Made by a program: the position numbers and the translations under genes. 19,665 nucleotides of DNA from a virus (Duplodnaviria > Heunggongvirae > Uroviricota > Caudoviricetes), in IMG/VR virus record IMGVR_UViG_2740892322_000001, positions 1 to 19,665 of that record; one strand, given 5' to 3'. Every line of letters starts with the position of its first letter. Positions within the stretch are counted from its first letter, which is position 1. This document shows positions 16,323 through 19,665 of the stretch, piece after piece. The notes beneath the pieces are model-generated. The model was not told where the DNA came from and ran no database searches. It worked only from the letters and a program-made list of their open reading frames with translations.

Positions 16323-16831
16323 CAGATTTGACTCACGATGCAGCGCGGCTTGTCCTGGATACGCGCCACCGCCCAGCGCATATCCCGCCACAGTTCATCA
16401 ATGGTGCTGTCAATGCTGTCGGCCTTCTTGTCGCCTTTCGCACTGGCATCCACGCCGCGATAACGCTCATAAAGCGACGCGGTCGCCATCGCACACACGG
16501 CGCGCTCGTAGTAAAAAACTTTGATGCTTTCACCGTCGATGTCGTCCGCCGGAACGTCCGCCAGACGCGTAAAACCGGCGGCAATTTTCTGTTCGCGGTA
16601 CTCGTACAGCTCCGCATTCGTCTCCGCCATGCCTGACTTGATGGCCTCACGCAGACGGGCGGGGGCGACGGTCTGCTCAAGGCGCATACGTTCCCGGACG
16701 CGCTTCGGGTCGATATCGGGAAAAAAGAACGTGTTTTTAATCACCGGCTCGTCGCCTGCCGGTTGCGGGATGACCACCGTACCCTCACCGGACACGGGAG
16801 CCTCCTTTCGCGGAATAATCAGCGTCATCAT
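16322..16831 (-). CDS. L: head completion / stabilisation protein (P2 gpL-like)
   Basis: Track ORF extends to 16891. The likely start is ATG 16829-16831 (MMTLIIPRKE..., 169 aa, P2 L length) with an AGAGG-type SD. Confidence 0.8.
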   Translation of the reverse strand: MMTLIIPRKEAPVSGEGTVVIPQPAGDEPVIKNTFFFPDIDPKRVRERMRLEQTVAPARLREAIKSGMAETNAELYEYREQKIAAGFTRLADVPADDIDGESIKVFYYERAVCAMATASLYERYRGVDASAKGDKKADSIDSTIDELWRDMRWAVARIQDKPRCIVSQI

Positions 16832-16930
16832 GACTACCTCTGAAAAGTCGGGCGGTGGACGCCGGTGCAGTGTCAGGTGATTCACCCTCACTGACCGGCG
16901 TGCCGCCCTGGCGCGGGGCGCATTCGGTTG

Positions 16931-17674
16931 TTAACTGGCTTTCTTTTTCGGGCGTCCACGTTTTGCCGGTGTCACGCTCCGGGTCTTACGCGGGGCGCGG
17001 GTGACCGCTTTGGGCTGCGGCTCCGGCTTCGGTTTCAGCTCCCGCTCCAGTCGTTCAATCTCTTTTTTGACGCCTGCCTGACAGTCGAGCTGTGTCGCAC
17101 GTTGCAGGTGAGCCAGCGCACCGGCGGCATCACCAGCGTCACGCAGAAACAGACCGGTGATTTTGTGCAGCTTTGCGCGCACTTCATCAGGCATGTCAGC
17201 CGTGGCGGTCAGTTCAAGGGTCTCCGTCAGCAGGCGGATATCCACAGATTCACCGGCAGCGTGGGCACGCATGGCCGCGAGTGCGACCTCCTCGGTGAAC
17301 ATGTACGGCGGGGTGCGGCGGTGTTTACCCGGCATGGTCAGACCGTACTTCAGGGCATAACGGGCAATCTCCAGCGCACCGGCAATATCGCCGGTATCCA
17401 GACGCCACAGCATGACCGTCATCAGAATGTCATCCTGTGCACCTTTGCCCTGCTCCAGCACACCGTTCACCCACGGCAACCAGAACGGCAGCAGTTCGCG
17501 CTTTTTCGCGGCCTTAAGCTCTTTTGAATAAATCGCTTTCAGTGTGCGCTGGTCTGCGGCCAGCTTGACCAGCATCTGCTCATAGACAGTTGCATGTCGC
17601 AGCGGGGCGGCTTCCCGCTGCGCGGTCATCGCTGCCGAGACCCGCATCATGTGGCGCTGTGCGGGACTCGTCAT
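16931..17674 (-). CDS. M: terminase small (endonuclease) subunit (P2 gpM-like)
   Basis: 247 aa, same length as P2 M; basic Lys/Arg-rich C-terminal tail. Confidence 0.85.
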   Translation of the reverse strand: MTSPAQRHMMRVSAAMTAQREAAPLRHATVYEQMLVKLAADQRTLKAIYSKELKAAKKRELLPFWLPWVNGVLEQGKGAQDDILMTVMLWRLDTGDIAGALEIARYALKYGLTMPGKHRRTPPYMFTEEVALAAMRAHAAGESVDIRLLTETLELTATADMPDEVRAKLHKITGLFLRDAGDAAGALAHLQRATQLDCQAGVKKEIERLERELKPKPEPQPKAVTRAPRKTRSVTPAKRGRPKKKAS

Positions 17675-17677
17675 CGG

Positions 17678-18751
17678 TTACGCTCCCGGCTCTGCGGTCG
17701 CCTTAGCCGGTGTGGAGAAATCACCGACCTTGATTTTTTCCACCAGACAACCGGCGGCGTAGTCTTCCACCACGTAATCAATGTTCATTGACTCGTAGTT
17801 CTCCACGCGGTCGAGTTTCGGGTTTTCCACAATCACGCGGCGATGGCTGTCATCCATGTAGTAGATAGACAGGTTTTCCAGCTTCGTGATGAGCATCGCA
17901 TCCGCCGGGAAGTACGGGACGCGTACCGCTGGCAGGTTACCGATGCGTTTCTGGCTGATGATGACGTCAGCAGCCAGCATTTCGCTGTTATCCTGCTCCC
18001 TGTTGACGATGGGGAAATACTTGTCCGCCAGTAGCTGACGCCCCACAATCACCACAAGGTCAGGGTCTTCCTGATACCACGGCTCAATCAGGTTGTTGGT
18101 CGCATCCATCACCAGTGCATCGAGGCTGGCATAATCACCGCCCTTACCCACGCGGATGACCTCAGAGGTGGTGCTGCCTTCCTCGTCAGTGACCTTGCTC
18201 ATCACGCGAGCCGGGGCTTCATTGCGGTATTTCTGCAGCCAGCCGACCGCCACATCCTGCAGCATCGGATTGCTGCTGCGGTCAGAGGTTTCGGCACGCT
18301 TCACGCCGTTAAAACCGGCCATGATGAAATCAAGGGACTGGCGTTTGATAATGGCGTTACGGATACGGAGCTGGAAATCCTGATAACGCGCCCACAGGTC
18401 CAGCGTTTTGTAGCGGATATAAAAATCGAAGTTAATCTGGTCGCATTCGTACTTGTTTGACGCCAGCTTCGAGAAGTCCTTCGGCTGACGCTCGGTGCCA
18501 CCGGCGGTGTCGGTGGTGCTGGCGATGGAGCCGGTGACACCAATACCAATTTTTTCCCCTTTCATTTCGCTGACCGGCACAATGTTGATGCGGGTCAGAA
18601 AGTCAGAGGACTCCTGCATGGTGTTCATCAGGGTCTGGGTGACCGACGGTTCAACAGTGAATTTTTTCGACACATCACCGGCATCAATGCCGTTCAGTTC
18701 GGCAACACGGGACAGGTAAGCATTAAATTTAAAGCGGGTTTCCTGGCGCAT
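17678..18751 (-). CDS. N: major capsid protein (P2 gpN-like)
   Basis: 357 aa, same length as P2 N; AGGAAA SD before the ATG. Confidence 0.9.
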   Translation of the reverse strand: MRQETRFKFNAYLSRVAELNGIDAGDVSKKFTVEPSVTQTLMNTMQESSDFLTRINIVPVSEMKGEKIGIGVTGSIASTTDTAGGTERQPKDFSKLASNKYECDQINFDFYIRYKTLDLWARYQDFQLRIRNAIIKRQSLDFIMAGFNGVKRAETSDRSSNPMLQDVAVGWLQKYRNEAPARVMSKVTDEEGSTTSEVIRVGKGGDYASLDALVMDATNNLIEPWYQEDPDLVVIVGRQLLADKYFPIVNREQDNSEMLAADVIISQKRIGNLPAVRVPYFPADAMLITKLENLSIYYMDDSHRRVIVENPKLDRVENYESMNIDYVVEDYAAGCLVEKIKVGDFSTPAKATAEPGA

Positions 18752-18809
18752 AGTTTTTCCTGAAATTAAGGGTTAATCGTGAAGGTTTTCCCGGACTGAC
18801 TGACGCCGG

Positions 18810-19664
18810 TCAGCAGTTCGTCATCAGGCCGTCACCGCCACCACCGGTGGCCTTGCTGCGGCGCTGCTGGGTCAGACTTTCGGTGTGGTCGAGACTGTTT
18901 TTCAGGCGGGTGAATGCCTGGCTGGTTTCATCCGCCCTGTCAGTCACCGCCTGCTTAAGTGCGGAAAAGGCGGTTTCCATCTCAGCGAGGCGCTGCTCAG
19001 TGGCGCTCAGTTTTTCCTGCACATGTTCAGCAACAGCGGTCACCGCTTCATGCACGTCATTCAGACGGGCGTCATCGCTGGCCTGTTTGCGGCCAAAAAT
19101 GGATTTCACCTTTTCGGTCAGGGCGGTGAACACGGTTTCAGGCAGGTCTTCAAATTCCAGCTCAACGGGCGTTGCCACTGAAATCAGGTTTTCAGGGCTT
19201 AATTTGAAGCGGTTCAGAGGGTTGTGTTTTGCCGTGCGGCAGAATTCCAGGTATTCCGTGCCGAGGCTTGCCGGGTCATCGGTGACGGCCAGCCCCACCA
19301 GATAACATTTGCCGGTGTTGGCAAAGTTCGGCTGAATTTCCATTGAGGTGTAGACCTTCTGCGCGGCCTTGTTCATCGCGATAAGGTCATCGGTCGGGGT
19401 GATTTTCGCAAACAGCGCCCATTTGCCTTTCAGCGCCGAATCATCGTCAATCTTTTCGGCCTTCAGTTCGACCACATCGCCATAACGCTTAAAAATACCG
19501 TCAGGCAGGATGCCGCGCAGATGTTCCAGGTTAATGCGGCAACCATAGACTCGCGGGTCAAAGGTTTCGGCCATTTCCTGAATATCCTGCGCACTGATGA
19601 CACGCCCGTCACAGGTGTCACCCTCAACGCCGATACGAAAGAATTTTGAGACTTTTTTTGCCAT
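18810..19664 (-). CDS. O: capsid scaffolding protein (P2 gpO-like)
   Basis: 284 aa, same length as P2 O; N-terminus MAKKVSKFFRIGVEGDTCDGRVISAQDIQEMAETFDPRVYG matches recalled P2 O. Start codon sits at the right edge of the window. Confidence 0.9.
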   Translation of the reverse strand: MAKKVSKFFRIGVEGDTCDGRVISAQDIQEMAETFDPRVYGCRINLEHLRGILPDGIFKRYGDVVELKAEKIDDDSALKGKWALFAKITPTDDLIAMNKAAQKVYTSMEIQPNFANTGKCYLVGLAVTDDPASLGTEYLEFCRTAKHNPLNRFKLSPENLISVATPVELEFEDLPETVFTALTEKVKSIFGRKQASDDARLNDVHEAVTAVAEHVQEKLSATEQRLAEMETAFSALKQAVTDRADETSQAFTRLKNSLDHTESLTQQRRSKATGGGGDGLMTNC

Positions 19665-19665
19665 T

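Noticed and set aside
16928-17527. 199 aa plus-strand ORF
   Set aside because: Antisense to terminase small subunit gene M; no independent support.
1-19665. Search for integrase, attachment site, tRNA, cos site or immunity genes
   Set aside because: None found. The window covers only the late region from O to D. In P2 the cos site, early and integration genes lie beyond Q/P on one side and ogr/int on the other, outside this window.

Overview
The window is the late (structural and lysis) region of a P2-like temperate phage, almost entirely on the minus strand: capsid genes O-N-M-L, X, the lysis cassette Y-K-lysA-lysB/lysC, tail completion R-S, baseplate V-W-J-I, tail fibre H with chaperone G, then sheath/tube FI-FII, E/E+E', tape measure T, U and the start of D running off the left edge. 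Most products match P2 lengths exactly; assignments are by recall of P2 proteins, not by database search. Two AT-rich islands interrupt this backbone at loci that are variable in P2-like phages. The first (5061-6902, between G and FI, the P2 Z/fun position) carries a 359-369 aa membrane-anchored protein with no family I can recognise; this is the best candidate for an undescribed anti-phage cargo gene. The second (12544-13463, between S and V, the P2 orf30 position) carries a 261 aa predicted three-helix membrane protein on the plus strand. Tail gene U appears frame-disrupted with about 60 codons missing, and the last ~35 codons of T look out of frame, so this prophage may be tail-defective. 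The H tail fibre has a P2-like N-terminus but a replaced distal part with internal repeats and a His-x-His-rich C-terminus. No tRNA, rRNA, CRISPR array, integrase or transposase was seen.
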